Origin: Squalus acanthias
Taxonomy: Eukaryota
Reading direction: 5' to 3'
DNA: 64,000 bases
Assembly (NCBI GenBank): GCA_030390025.1
Contig: CM059432.1
Coordinates: 24,368,001-24,432,000 of the forward strand
Below, piece after piece: positions 24,943 through 38,490 of the stretch. Numbering within the stretch: the first letter of the stretch is position 1; every line of letters begins with the position of its first letter. The position numbers and the translations under genes were made by a program. The notes under the pieces were generated by a model. That model saw only the letters and a program-made list of their open reading frames with translations. It made no database searches and was not told where the DNA came from.

Positions 24943-26352
24943 GGGGGGAATTTTCACAGGATAAAAATGGGTGGGTTGGAGGCGGGGGGTGGGGGTGAGA
25001 GGGGGGGGAAGTGAAAGTCGGAAAAATCTAAAACCTGACCCCAACCCGCCTCCAACCTGCTCACTTACACCTTTTACTCAGGTAGCACAGGGGCGGGCAG
25101 CCAACCCGCTGCCAGGAGGCGGGTTGGCCATTTAAATATTATAATGAGGCCTGAAGCTTCTACTTTAACCTGCTTTCCAGGTTTAACTGCAGGCGGCTGG
25201 GGATCCCGGGGCTCGGGATTCCCGGCAGCAGCAACGAGGCGACCACAGCCTTGGGGAGCAATCTTTGTGGGCCGGGAGGAGCAGGAGTGTTTCCTCCTGG
25301 CCCACCAAGCTCCCCAACCAGCAGCCTGCATCCCCTGGGGTCGGGGATCAGACCCACCCTCCTCCCCCCCAGGAATCGTAACCTCCCCCCACCCCGGGGA
25401 CAGGGATCGGACGGACCCCTCCCAGGGATCGCGACTCAGCCCCGGGGTCGGAATCGGACCCCCAGGTCGGGGATCAGACACCTCCTGGGGATCAGTCTCA
25501 CCCTCCTCTGGGGTCAGGGATTGGACCACTCCTGGGGATCGTCGGACCCTGCCGGGATCAGACACCCTCCCCTGCCCGGGGGATCGGACCCCACCCCACC
25601 CCAGGGCTTGCCCCCACATGGGCTTGGCGCTCCCTCCGGTCAGGTTGAGCAGGTTGGGCCTATACTCATTGGAGTTTAGAAGAACGAGAGGGGATCTTAT
25701 TGAAACATATAAGATTCTGAGGGGGCTTGACAGGGTAGATGCAGAGAGGATGTTTCCCCTCGTGGGGGAATCTAGAACTAGGGGGCATAATTTCAGAATA
25801 AGGGGGCACCCATTTAAAATGGAAATGAGGAGGAATTTCTTCACTCAGAGGGTCGTGAATCTTTGGAATTCTCTTCCCCAGAGAGCTGTGGAGGCTGGGT
25901 CATTGAATATATTTAAGGTGGAGATAGACAGATTTTTGAATGGTAAGGGAGTCAAGGGTTATGGGGAATGGGCAGGGAAGTGGAGTTGAGGCCAAGGTCA
26001 GATCAGCCATGATCTTATTGAATGGCGGAGCAGGCTTGAGGAGCTGAATGACCGACTCCTTCTCCTACGTCTTATGTTCTTGGAACGCACCCCCCCACCC
26101 ACCCCCCACCCACCCCCCCCCACCGACCCCACCTCACCTGGACCCAGCACTTCCAGCACTTAACTGTTGCTGCGGTGTCCAGCCTGCGTTCCCCACCTGA
26201 CTGAAAGCCAGTCCGTCAATCAGGCTGATGTCCTGGACAAGGAACCCACCCCTTACGTCACACACACACGCTGTGGAGTTAAAACTCCGGGATTCCGGCT
26301 GTCTACTGGGTCCACCTGCACCGTGCAGGTGGGAACTGAGTAAAGCCCAGCC
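24943..26352. mobile_element. GC-rich non-autonomous DNA element (Harbinger-like ends) inside the L2
   Basis: Begins GGGGGGAATTTTCAC. The L2 sequence resumes at ~26353. Contains GGATC-rich short repeats (25330-25640) and a CR1 insert. Confidence 0.45.
25641..26080 (+). mobile_element. CR1 LINE 3' end
   Basis: RLSRLGLYSLEFRRTRGDLIETYKIL...LWNSLPQRAV; tail CTTATGTTCT. Confidence 0.92.
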
Positions 26353-29300
26353 GATCTGTTCTCCATCACAAAGAGTGCCTACCTCCCGCCTGTCTCCACT
26401 CTGCCTCAGCCCATTTGCTGCTGCAACCCTCATCCAGGGTTTTGTTACCTCCAGACCCAATCTTCCACCCTCCATAAACGTTAGCTCATCCAAAGCTCTG
26501 CTGCCCATATCCTGACTCGAACCAAATCACATTCACCCACCTGTACTCATTGATCTACATTGGCTCCCGGACCAGCAACACCTCAAGCTTAAAATTCTCA
26601 TTCTTGTGTTTGAATCCATCCCTATCTTGGTAACCTCCTCCAAACCTACAGCCCTCCCAGAACTTTGCGTTCCTCCAATTCTGACCTCCTGTGCATCCCC
26701 GATTTCCTTCCCTCCATTGGCAGCTGTGCCTTCATCTGTTTAGGCCCTAAGGTCTGGAAATCCCTCCCTAAACCTCCGTGCCTCTCTCTCCTTCTTTAAG
26801 ACGCTACTTAAAACCTACGTCTTTGATCAAGCATATGGTCACCTGTCCTAATACCTCCTTATGTGGCTTGGTGTCAAATTTCATCTGATAATGCACCCGT
26901 GAAGCACCTTCGGATGTTTTACTACACTAAAGGTGCTATGCAAATGAAAGTTGTTGTTGTTTTTTGAAAAGCAAATTTAGGACTGATATCGGGAAGCTCT
27001 TCTTCATGCAAAGAGCAAGCAAGACATGGAAAGGACTTCCAGGCAGAAGATTGGAGCCAAAACCTTGGAGTCACGTGAGGAACAGTTGGATGATGTGATG
27101 GGGAGCTGCAGATTTTTGTGCTTGGATGAGCTAAGAAGGGCTGAATGGCCTTCGTCATCATTATTTATCTTTTGATTTCTTACTGCAGTAATCTGAGATT
27201 CTCTGCTTCCCACAACTTGTGGCCTCTCTCAACGAGGCTGCTAATTTGTTGCAAGCTCATTCCTACTCGGAAATTGATTGAAATAGCCCAAACTCATTTT
27301 ATTTGGGATTCCCACAGTCATTGGCGATTCCAACAGTTTTCAGCTGGATTCAGCCAAACTCCCTGAGGTGAATGGACTATGATTGAAACAACAGAATCAT
27401 CCAGTTTCTCCATGAAATGTATTTCAATGTTGACTGGTCAATAATAAAAAAAGCCTGTTGATTGTTATTGTTACTGTAATTATAGTGCAAGGAAGCTGTA
27501 GAAATATGTTTATGTGATTACAAGGATAAAGCTGTTTTATATGCTGAATGCAGTTGTATATTACCGAATATATAAGCAGCAGCTCTTTTATCTTCCTTTC
27601 AACTAAAAGAAATATATATTTGAAGATTGCTACTAATTGGGATGAGCTCGCCAAATAAGCCCTCCTCAGTGTCAGGCCCAAGCCATTTTGTGGGCCCTGC
27701 CCTCATTTCCATATTTCCGATGCTCACAGGAAGCTCACTGGTCGGAGGACAGGCAAGCATTGCGGCAGTCCTGATGCGAAGCTGAGCCAGAAAGTTTATC
27801 CTGGAGGAGGGGTGGTGGAAAGGGATCAAGGAGAGGGGCATGTGGATGGGCCGGCAGTGGAACCGGAAGATTTTTGTGGGGCTATTTGTGCCCCTTAAAA
27901 AGACAAACTTACCTGTTCCAAAGCGGACACATTGAGGATCGCTGATTAGGCCACTTGACCTCTAGCACTAATTGGCGGAGCTCGTGCATTGATTGACACC
28001 TCAAAATTCTGTCATGGGACCCCAATTACCATATTTATGCTCCCGCCTAAAACCGCTGGGAGCCTGGGCTGTCCATGCAGAGGCCCTTGAGATAATGGCG
28101 GTGGGCGGAGTGAAGCGGGAACAGGGCGGTAAGTGTAGCAACGTGTTTTTTGTGGGTACTACCGCCCCATCCTCACCGGGAGGAGTGAGTTAAAATCGAT
28201 CCCGCTATGTTTGTTTGATGTTACAGCGGAGAAAGGTGACAGCACCAGCCCTGGAGCAAGTAAGAATAACGGGCCTTTCCATTATCATTACACTATTACC
28301 CAATGATTTCTAAGTAGTCGGGGCTTGACAGTGTTACCAACACAAGGATTTTAATATATTATATAGAGATAGACAGATGCTACTGCCAAAAGGAAACAAT
28401 TGAAAAGAGCTCTTTAAATTGTGGGACAAAATACTGGTCGGAATTACAGAAACCTCCGCAGCAATGATTACATCATTATTTCCACTGCTAAATTCCAACA
28501 AGGTTTACCTTCTGTCTGGTAAGATGAAATATGAATATTAAAAAATTACCATTGTAAACAATTGAATCACAACAATTTCCCCAATATTACCCCCCAATGT
28601 TTGTAATTTCAAGGTGCTGTCATTTTAATGTCATAATTGCAGATTGTGGTGTCACAGGAGTTGTCATCCCACTGTGCTGAATTGCAGTGGCTGCTGTAAC
28701 TCACTAAATGTATTATTACAAAGTGTTCTGTATTGTAAGCATGCACTGAGTTTAATATGATGAGCATCATGGGTCATTGCTCCGCACTGCCTCTAAAAGA
28801 CACAAAACTGCTAAACATCAGACTCTTTTGATTGGATCTAATGGGATAGTTGGAGTGAAGTGCATTCCTGCTAGGTAGAAACGTCAAATCAAGAAGGCGA
28901 CTGCAGTTTTCCGAGACCAGCACATGTTCTTGCATCAACTCTTGCTGTTCTCATTTTCAGAATGTGTATTTTGATGTCTTCCTTTTAGGTTTACTCCTTT
29001 GCCCCATTCCAATTCCGGCGGCTGTTACTCTTGCCCCATTCCTTGCCCCATTCATGTGAGATTCGGAACTACACTGACTAGTCACAGGCGTGGCTACGGC
29101 AACATTGTTTTAGCCTCATACGCTAATTTGAATATAAAATGCTTTACATACACTCACACAATGCAGGTAAATGTATTGCATATGTGTATATTTAGCTAAC
29201 AACCATCTACCACCATTCAGTAACCAATTTGCCACCATTCAGTAACCGAGGATGCAAAGCACTCACAAAAATCAAAACTCTTTCTGCTTTTAATTTTATC

Positions 29301-30099
29301 GTTTTACCAACAAATGCAAATGGATGTTAAAGTATGCATGCATATGCTATACAAATATGAGTATTGAGATCACATGCCCAAAAACGATGTGTAGTACTCA
29401 TTCCTTTTTAATTTAATAATCAGAAATGCAATTTGCCACGTAAGTATTCCAAATTCACCTGCCACATGTGTCTCGTGGCTAATGTATTGGACAACACTGC
29501 ACTAAGGAATAGTAGAAGGAAATGATGGGATAGCAATTCATCTGGGCCAGTCTTTGGGCCGAGACTCGGCTCTGTGCGAGCAGTGCATGCCCAGACAGAA
29601 AGGCCTGAGTCCAGCCCAAAATTGGGCCTCATCTAAATATTCTAAGCGAGCTGCCGGTGGCTGTTACTCATGTACAGGGCTTTTGCCCTTCTCTGGGACT
29701 GAATTTTGGGCCACTAGTCTTGCCAAGAGTGGCCCTCAGGAAAGTTCAGGGAGTGGATTTGGAGCGGGCAACTGAGGAGTGGGGACTGTGGAATTGGAGG
29801 AAGCACTTCTGGCTCCATAGGAAGGGGTCTTGGAAATGATGGCTTGATGTTCGGTAGTGGGGGTCCTGGTCCAGAGGAGGTAGGAGGAGGTGTCAGCGGG
29901 TTGGCATTCAGCCTCCGCAAGGTAGAGGCTGGTTCGCCAAAAAACAACCGTGCCACCCTTGTCAACAGGTTTAATGACAATGTTAGGGTTGGATCTGAGA
30001 GAACGGGGTTCCTAGAAAGGGTATTTTTTTTAAGTCAAAAGTAAACTCAGCTTTAGTCAGTAGTGGCGGGAGCCACTAAAGAATCATGAGTGGGGCAGG

Positions 30100-30533
30100 C
30101 CCAATGCCTCATTTAGAATACTGTGTCCAGTTGGTCTCTCACATTGGGGGATATTGAGGCTTTGGCAAACATGCAGAGGAGGGCCACAAGATTGATTCCC
30201 AGTTTCAAACACCTTAGCTACCCAGATAGGCTGAAAGAGCTGGGTCTGTATACTTTAGAGAAGCTTAGGGCTGGATTTTGATACTGGGGCGGGTTGGGGT
30301 CGTGTCATCCGCATTTCGTGTTAGCCACCTGCCTGCAATTGGATGTGGGAGATTGATGCAATTTTCACTTAATTGGGCATTGAGTTCCAGCATGTGGGAA
30401 CCCATGAACCAATTAGTGGTTTTAGCCTGAAAGTCGCCTCTGATGATGTCATCATTGCAGGTCAGAGACTGCCTGGTCTCAGAGATTGCCTGGCCTTTGC
30501 TGTGAGAGGACCTGGATGCAAAATGAGCAGCAT

Positions 30534-30570
<37 letters not shown>

Positions 30571-31460
30571 TTTTTTGCAACCAAGTCCTCCCAGGCAGTC
30601 TCTGAAGACATTCAATGCAGTAGCATCAGAGGCGACTTTCACACCTAATACTACTACTACCTTCATCACAATACTACTACTACCTTCATCACAATACTAC
30701 TACTACCTTCATCACATCTCCGTTGTAATAGTGGACCTGCAGCTGATAGTCAGCTATCCACTTGTGCTCACGCCAGGTTTCACTGGCATGTTTCACATCA
30801 GGCGTACTTCACGTTGGAAAAGGGTTAAACGAGCTAAAACATTTCAAAATAGCATTACAGAGCCAATTTAGGGCTTGTTAAGGGCTTTAATGGCCTCTCC
30901 CGCCTCTTGGAGGCGGGACGGAGTCGGGAACCCCGCGACCGATTTTGTCAAAATTGCGTGGCGGCGGAATGGAGTCGGGATAGGGTTGGGACCCCCGAAT
31001 CTGCAACTTTAACCCCCCTACAGGCCTCCAAACCCGACTCCACGGGTCATTGAAAATCCAGCCCTTAGACTCAGGGGAGATTTGATTGAGGTTTATAAAA
31101 TAATGAAGGGACTAGAGTGTTTAAGTGGACCAATTATTTTAACTGAATATGTGAGGGAGGCCCAGGAGTCATGCTTACAAGTTATGTAAGGACAGAACTA
31201 GGTTGGCTGTTAAGAGGTTCTTCTTTTCCCAGAGAATAGTGGACCCTTGGAACAGGTTGCTGGCTTGTGTGGTGAATGCTGATTTCGCTGTCTTCCTTCA
31301 AGCGTGAGCTGGTCCTGTTTCTGGCTGGGATGGAGATTACCTTGTACAAGAGGTACATACCCTGTAATATAAATCAGGGCTAATGTGGTCTCCTGGATGA
31401 GTTGTGGTCACCTAAAGAAGTCGGAAAGGAATTTTTGCAAATTGGTCTGGGTTTATTTAT
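30100..31460 (+). mobile_element. Old CR1 3' fragment split by a MITE
   Basis: HLEYCVQ, LGLYTLEKL|RLRGDLIEVYKIMKG resumes exactly across the MITE. Confidence 0.75.
30268..31064. mobile_element. Harbinger-type MITE (797 bp)
   Basis: Perfect 12-bp TIR GGGCTGGATTTT/AAAATCCAGCCC, TSD TTA; excision restores the CR1 frame. Contains (GA)n at ~30537-30567 and CTA/TCA microsatellite at ~30648-30715. Confidence 0.9.
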
Positions 31461-31549
31461 CTGGATTTCCATCATTTTTATATGCTCATAGGAATGTTTT
31501 TCAAACTGAGTCACACCCATCTACACTTAGACATATATTGCTATTCCTT

Positions 31550-31720
31550 TGTCACTGGTTCAATATTGTTGAATTCCTAACATCATTGTGGGAGCACCAT
31601 AACAACAAGGACTGCAGCATTCAAGGAGAAGGACCATCGCCACCTTTTAAGGAGATCTATGGAAGGGTAATAAATGCCAGCCTTGTCAACATTGTCCACA
31701 TCCCGAGACCAAAAATAAAA
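31550..31720 (+). mobile_element. Degenerate 3' end of the 34430-38490 LINE family
   Basis: GGACTGCAGCATTCAAGGAG...AATAAATGCCAGCCTTGTCAAC resembles 38370-38470. Confidence 0.55.
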
Positions 31721-33921
31721 ACATGGAAGGTAGGTTAGTGTTAACAGTTGGATGTTGTGATGGGGGGATGGGGAGACTGTTGGTTCTTTTTGGATAGGTA
31801 GGCCAAATGACCTTCCTCGTCTATATCTATCTTGTGATCTAATAAGGTACGTAAGACTGGCTCAGGGTAACATGCCTTCTTGAATTTTCTCTCTCGCGCT
31901 GTCTCTCTCCATATATATATGCCTATGTGGAAGAGCCTGATTTCTGCTTCTAATCTCTTTCTAATGCAACAGTCTTTGGTAAATCATTGGGCAGAACCTT
32001 TAACTTTGGCGAGGGCGGAAGACAGCCTTGACAATTCATTATACTTCTCGCAAAATTTTCCTTTCCATTGGATGGCTGATCAGCGACTGTCAGTTTTACA
32101 CCCCCGCTGGAGTTGGAATTTCCGCCTATTGTGTTTCAGATTTAAGGCATAAAATTATATCCTGTCTCTCAACTACCAATACAATTCTGCATTGTGGCAC
32201 CCAAAAGCTGACCTGTTAAGTTTATCTCATTAATGGCGATCAAGGCACAGAATGTTTCATCGTCTATTTAGACAAAACAAGACAGAGTCACATGCCACCT
32301 TACCGCTCCTGTTCATCTAACTTCTACCATTAGGTTTACACACCTCTCTTGTATCCCTATAAATATCCTGGCCTGTGCTCACTTCTCTGTCTACCTGCCT
32401 TTCCTTTTCTACAGGGTCTCCCTGGAGAAGGCCTACTAGCCAAGATGCCCTCTAGCTGGTGTCCTTCTCTGTCTGTATCCTAGAACTACCTGTGTCACAT
32501 CTTACTTCAATCGCACAGTTGGATTTTTCAGAAGCAGCATCTGGCTATTAACGTTCCTGTAAAGGAAATGACATTTCTATTTTTCTTTCCAAAAAATGGC
32601 TAAACTGCCTGATTTTTGTTGAAGTTAATGAGCCACTAATGAAATAATGGGAATCAGTTTTTTAAAAATATGCAATGCCTGAGAAATCAATTTCATTAAC
32701 TGTAGCATAAAATAGCAGCCAATGTTAAATGTGCCTACAATAATGATCTTTTAACACTGCTTAAACAGCTAACAAACCACCTAGCTGGCATGAATGTCAG
32801 AAACTTCATCAAATGGAGGAAGCAATTGCAATAGGCAATAGCACAATGACAGTAGCAGAGAAAAGCATATTGCACCAACTAGCATTGGTGATCTCTGTAA
32901 TTGAGTACTGTAGAGACATTCTTGATGACTGAGGAAGGCCACCGAGTTAAGCAAAGGAGATGACAAGCATGGTGGTCACCCTAAGCGCAATTTTCCGGAT
33001 TTCCGCTCTTGGCGGGGAGTCTCACCCTTTGGGAGCACACATCCAAAATTCGACATTACCTGGATATGATTTTCTGACCACTTAAGCTAATGGTCAGAAA
33101 CCCATGCACAGCACGTGCCTTAATTCCCAATATGTACTCAACAACAACTTGCATTTATATTGCGCCTTTGATGTAGTAAAACGTCAATGCTCCCTGCCAA
33201 AAATGTAGTCATAAAATTACCCTTTCTATATCAATCATCTGTAGCACCCAGACATAAATATCAAAGAAGCTGCAGAACTTAAAAAAGAGCACAAAACTAA
33301 TGCATAGATCACTAATGCACAGTTGCAGTTCAGTACATACATGCGTGTGCGAGTAAGTTATAATTCTTAATGATATATAAACCCTCTATTTTCGCTGGTG
33401 CTTTTTAAAAAATTGTACAAACTCTCCCAGATGTCTGTGGGGTGGTGAATGGGTTCACAGTTTCTGTCCATGCATCTTGCCTTCCTGTCTTGTTGTGGGC
33501 CCTCTGACCATAACAGAAGGTTGCTACCAGGTCTCCAGTCCGTAGTCCACTAAGACAGTCAAGGTCTAGTCCGTGATAACCTTTCTACTCAGCCAATGCA
33601 CAAAAATAATGTGCAAACCCCAGCTGGATTAATGAACTTTTCATAATTTATATTGGTTAAGTGGCTCGTTAGCTGCTTGAGAAGTGTTAAAGGATCATTA
33701 TTACAGGTGCATTGTGATGGGCTGATATTTTGCAGTTTGAGCTAATGAAATTGTACAGCATGAAATCACCCATTTACAGATGATGCACAGCAGCCATTTT
33801 CTTAATGGGTCATCAATTCTTATACAATTCTTTTTATTAACCTTTCTTTCAAACAAAGAAGAAAATACAGCCCATAGACATTTACAGGCTCGGAGACAAG
33901 CCCCTCTCGCTGTTACATATT

Positions 33922-34420
33922 CAACAACAACTGCTTGCATTTATACTGCGCCTTTGAGGTAGAAAAATATTGCAAGATACTCTACAGAGTGAAAACTAAA
34001 AAGGAATGGTGAACAATGGTGGGAGAGTTAGGAGTGGCGACAGAAATCTTGATCGAAAAGTTGTGTTTTATGGAGATTTTAAAATGTGGACATGGAGGAG
34101 AAGTGAAAGGGTTTAAGGATAGGGAGTTCCATAGAGTGGGGTCAAGTTGCCTGAAAACTCTGACACCAATGGTCTGGCAAAAGGACAGAGGGCTGCATAG
34201 AAGACCAGATTTGGATCGAAAAGGTGCATGAGGGAATATAAGTGTGGAAGAGGCTCCTAAAATAAGGTCAGGTGAGACCATGGAGGGATTTGAAGATGAG
34301 GATTTTAAATTCAATCTATTGGAAGAGAGGGAGCCAGTATAGATCAGCGAGGGCAGAGTTTATGGGTAACCTGGTAACCTTAGTGCAGGACAAGATACAA
34401 GGATCTGAGTTTTGAATGTA
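33922..34420 (-). mobile_element. Degenerate L2 3' end
   Basis: (CAA)n-CTTGCATTTATACTGCGCC tail; minus ORF with PTLWNSL..FK. Confidence 0.6.
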
Positions 34421-34429
34421 TTATTAAGT

Positions 34430-37400
34430 ATTCGGCCACCCGTCATTGAACTCGGCACCAGCTACGGACACGGCAACGGCACACCCAGCCCAGTCAAACC
34501 TGCAAAGTCCTCCTCACCAACATCTGGGGACTTGTGCCAAAATTGGGAGAGCTGTCTCACAGACTAGTCAAGCAACAGCCTGACATAGTCATACTCACAG
34601 AATCATACCTTTTAGCCAATGTCCCAAACTCCTCCATCACCATACCTGGGTATGTCCTGTCCCACCGGCAGGACAGACCCACCAGGGGTGGCGGCACAGT
34701 GGTATAAAGTCGGGAAGGAGTGGCCCTGGGAGTCCTCAAAATTGACTATGGACCCCATGAAGTCTCATGGCTTCAGGTCAAGCATGGGCAAACCTCCTGC
34801 TGATTACCACCTACCGCCCTCCCTCAGCTGATGAATCAGTACTCCTCCATGTTGAACACCACTTGGAAGAAGCACTGAGAGCAGCAAGGGCACAGAACGT
34901 ACTCTGGGTGGGGAACTTCAATGTCCATCACCAAGAGTGGCTCAGGTAGCATCATTACTGACCGAGTTGGCTGAGTCCTGAAGAACATAGTTGCCAGTCT
35001 GGGCCTGTGACAGGTGGTGAGAGAACCAACATGAGGGAAAAACCTACTTGACCTCGTTCTTACCAATCTACCTGTCGCAGATGCATCTGTCCATGACAGC
35101 ATTGGTAGCAGTGAATATCTTCACACTGAGGACACCCTCCATCGTGCTAAATGGGATAGATGGGCTCTTCTCGATCTTCCTGGCTGCAATGCTCCATCTC
35201 ACCTCAGTAAGCTCCCCGCTGGAGTGGAGCTAATCTACAGAACAAATGGGAAACTGTTCAACCTCCGTCGCCTCCAGTCCAGATCCAAGGTCGTCACATC
35301 CTCTGTCATCGAATTACAGTATGCAGACGACGCTTGCGTCTGCGCACACTCTGAGGTCGAACTCCAAACCATCGTCAACACCTTCAACGAAGCGTACGAG
35401 AGCATGGGCCTTACACTAAACATCCGTAAGACAAAGGTCCTCTACCAACCTGCCCCCGCCACACAGTATTGCTCTCCAATTATCAAAATCCATGACGAGG
35501 CCCTGGACAACGTGGATTACTTTCCATACCTCGGGAGCCTACTGTCAACAAGGGTAGATGTCGATGACGAAGTCCAACACCGCCTTCAGTGTGCCAGTGT
35601 AGCCTTCGGTCACCTGAGGAAGAGAGTGTTTGAAGACCAGGACCTCAAGTCCAGCACCAAGCTCATGGTCTACAGAGCAGTAGTGATGCCCTCCTGTATG
35701 CTTCAGAGCATGGACCATGTACAGCAGGCACCTCAAAGCACTGGAGAGGTACCACCAACGCTGCCTCCGCAATATCCTGCAAATCCATTGGCAGGATAGG
35801 CGCACCAACGTCAGTGTTCTTGCTCAGGCCAACATCCTCAGCATCGAAGCTTTGACCACGCTCGATCAGCTCCGATGGACGGGACACATCGTCCGCATGC
35901 CCGATACGAGACTCCCAAAACATGCGCTCTACTCGGAGCTCCGACACGACAAGAGAGCCCCAGGTGGGCAGAGGAAACGCTTCAAGGACACCCTCAAAGC
36001 CTCCTTGAAAAAGTGCAACATCCCCACCGACACCTGGGAATCCCTGGCCCAAGACCGTGCAAAGTGAAGGGGAAGCATCCAGGAAGGCGCGGAATACCTC
36101 GAGTCTCTTCGCCGGGAGCAAGCGGAAGCCAAGCGCAAACAGTAGAAGGAGCGCATGTCAACCCAAGCACCCCACCCACCCGCCCCTTCAACCACCGTCT
36201 GTCCCACCTGTGGCAGAGAATGTAAGTTCCGCATTGGACTCATCACCTGAGAACTCATTTTTTGAGTGGAAGCAAGTCATCCTTGGTTCCGAGGGACTGC
36301 CTAAGAAGAAGAGAAATGGGTTAGATTCAGAACAGATCTAGCAGCTCAAAACTGGGCATCCATGAGGCACTGTGGGCCATCAGCAGAAACAGAATTGTAT
36401 TCCACCACAATCTGTAACCTCAATACCTGGCATATCCCTCACTCTACCATTACCATCAAGCCAGGGGACCAACCCTGGTTCAATAAGGAGTATAGAAGAG
36501 CATGCCAGGAGCAGCACCAGGTGTACCTAAAAATGAGGTGCCAACCTGGGGAAGCTGCAACACAGGACTACATGCATGCTAAAAAGCGGAAGCAGCATGC
36601 TATAGACAGGGCTAAGCGATCCCACTATCAACGGATCAGATCAAAGCTCTGCAGTCCTGCCACATCCAGTCGTGAATGGTGGTGGATCATTAAACAACTA
36701 ACAGGAGGAGGAGGCTCGATAAATATCCCCATCCTCAATGATGGTGGAGCCCAGCACGTGAGTGCAAAAGGCAAGGCTGAAGCATTTGCAACCATCTTCA
36801 GCCAGAAGTGCCGAGTGGATGATCCATATCGGCCTCCTCCTGAGGTCCCCACCATCACAGAAGTCAGTCTTCAGCCAATTTGATTCACTCCACATGATAT
36901 CAAGAAATGGCTGAGCGTACTGGATACAGCAAAGGCTATGGGCCCCGAGAACATCCCGGCTGACGTGCTGAAGACTTGTGCTCCAGAACTGCCGCACCTC
37001 CAGCCAAGCTGTTCCAGTACAGCTACAACACTGGCATCTATCCGACAATGTGGAAAACTGCCCAGGTATGTCCTGTCCACAAAAAGCAGGACAAATCCAA
37101 TCTGGCCAATTATCGCACCATCAGTCTACTCTCAATCATCAGCAAAGTGATGGAAGGTGTCGTCGACAGTGCTATCAAGCGGCACTTACTCACCAATAAC
37201 CTGCTCACTGATGCCCAGTTTGGGTTTCCGCTAAGACCACACAGCTCCAGATCTCATTACAGCTTTGGTCCAAACATGGACAAAGGAGTTGAATTCCAGA
37301 GGTTAGGTGAGAGTGACTGCCCTTGACATCATGGCAGCATTTGACCGAATGTGGCATGAAGTCGTCTCGTAAATCTGAAGTCAATGGGAATTGGGGGGAA

Positions 37401-38490
37401 AACTCTCCACTGGCTGGAGTCATACCTAGAACAAAGGAAGATGGTTGTGGTGATTGGAGGTCAATCATCACAGCCCCAGGACATCGCTGCAGGAGTTTCT
37501 CAGGGCAGTGTCCTAGGCCCAACCATCTCCAGCTGCTTCATCAATGACCTTCCCTCCAACATAAGGTCAGAAATGGGGATGTCGCCAATGACTGCACAGT
37601 GTTCAGTGTCATTCGCAACTCCTCAGATAATGAAGCAGTCCATGCCCGCATGCAACAAGACCTAGACGACATTTAGGCTTGGGCTGATAAGTGGCAGGTA
37701 ACATTCACGCCACACAAGTGCCAGGCAATGGCTATCGCCAACAAGCGAGAGTCTAACCATCGCCCCTTGACATTCAATGGCATTACCATCGCCGATTCCC
37801 CCACCATCAACATCCTGGGGGGTCACCATTAACCAGAAACTTAACTGGGCCAGCCACATAAATACTGTGGCAACAAGAGCAGGTCAGAGGCTAGATATTC
37901 TGCAGCGAGTGTCTCACCTCCTGACTCCCCAAAGCCTTTCCACCATCTACAAAGCACAAGTAACGAATGTGATGGAATACTCTCCACTTGCCTGGATGAG
38001 TGCAGCTCCAACAACACTCAAGAAGCTCGACATCATCCAGGACAAAGCAGCCCGCTTGATTGGCACCCCATCCACCACCTTAAACATTCACTCCCTCCAC
38101 CACCAGCATACCGTGCCTGCAGTGTGTACCATCTACAAGATGCATTGCAGCAACTCGCCAAGTCTTTTTTGGCAGCACCTCCCAAACCCACGACCTCTAC
38201 TACCTAGAAGGACAAGGGCAGCTGGCCCATGGGAACACCACCACCTCGAAGTTCCCCTCCAAGTCACACACCATCCTGACTTGGAACTATATCGCAGATC
38301 CTTCATCGTCGCTGGGTCAAAATCCTGGAACTCCCTACCTAACAGCGCTGTGGGAGTACCTTCACCACAAGGACTACAGCGGTTCAAGAAGGCGGCTCAC
38401 CACCACCTTCTCAAGGGCAATTAGGGATGGGCAGTAAATGCTGACCTTGCCAGCGACGCCCAGGTCCCATGAACGAACGATAAACAAAAT
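34430..38490 (+). mobile_element. CR1/L2-group LINE (distinct from the HER1-type CR1): APE endonuclease + RT ORF2, frameshifted, interrupted by an RTE
   Basis: QPDIVILTESYL, TYRPP, VGNFNVHH, LDLVLT (APE); KAMGPENIPA, NYRTISLLSIISKVME, QGSVLGP (RT); 3' end FKKAAHHHLLKGN plus short tail. Confidence 0.9.
35162..36313 (+). mobile_element. RTE-clade LINE, 5'-truncated; same family as 4944-6065
   Basis: LIYRTNGKLFNLRR..LQYADD; (AAG)n tail; TSD AAATGGG(A/T)TAGAT (35149-35161, 36314-36326). Confidence 0.9.

Larger units (their letters stand above)
24660..26962 (+). mobile_element. Degenerate L2 LINE 3' region, interrupted at 24943-26352
   Basis: RT-end remnants (DDTQLY, NFLQINIGK, LGVLF), LHWLP, VWKSLP, FKTLLKTYVF, and tail AAGGTGCTATGCAAATGAAAG(TTG)n. 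Confidence 0.7.

Noticed and set aside
25074..25989. 281-aa and 256-aa ORFs
   Set aside because: Chimeras of a GC-rich repeat tract and a CR1 3' end.
32415..32483. Collagen-type exon (GLPGEG...)
   Set aside because: Gly-X-Y periodicity fails after two triplets, there is no good donor site, and a stop follows.
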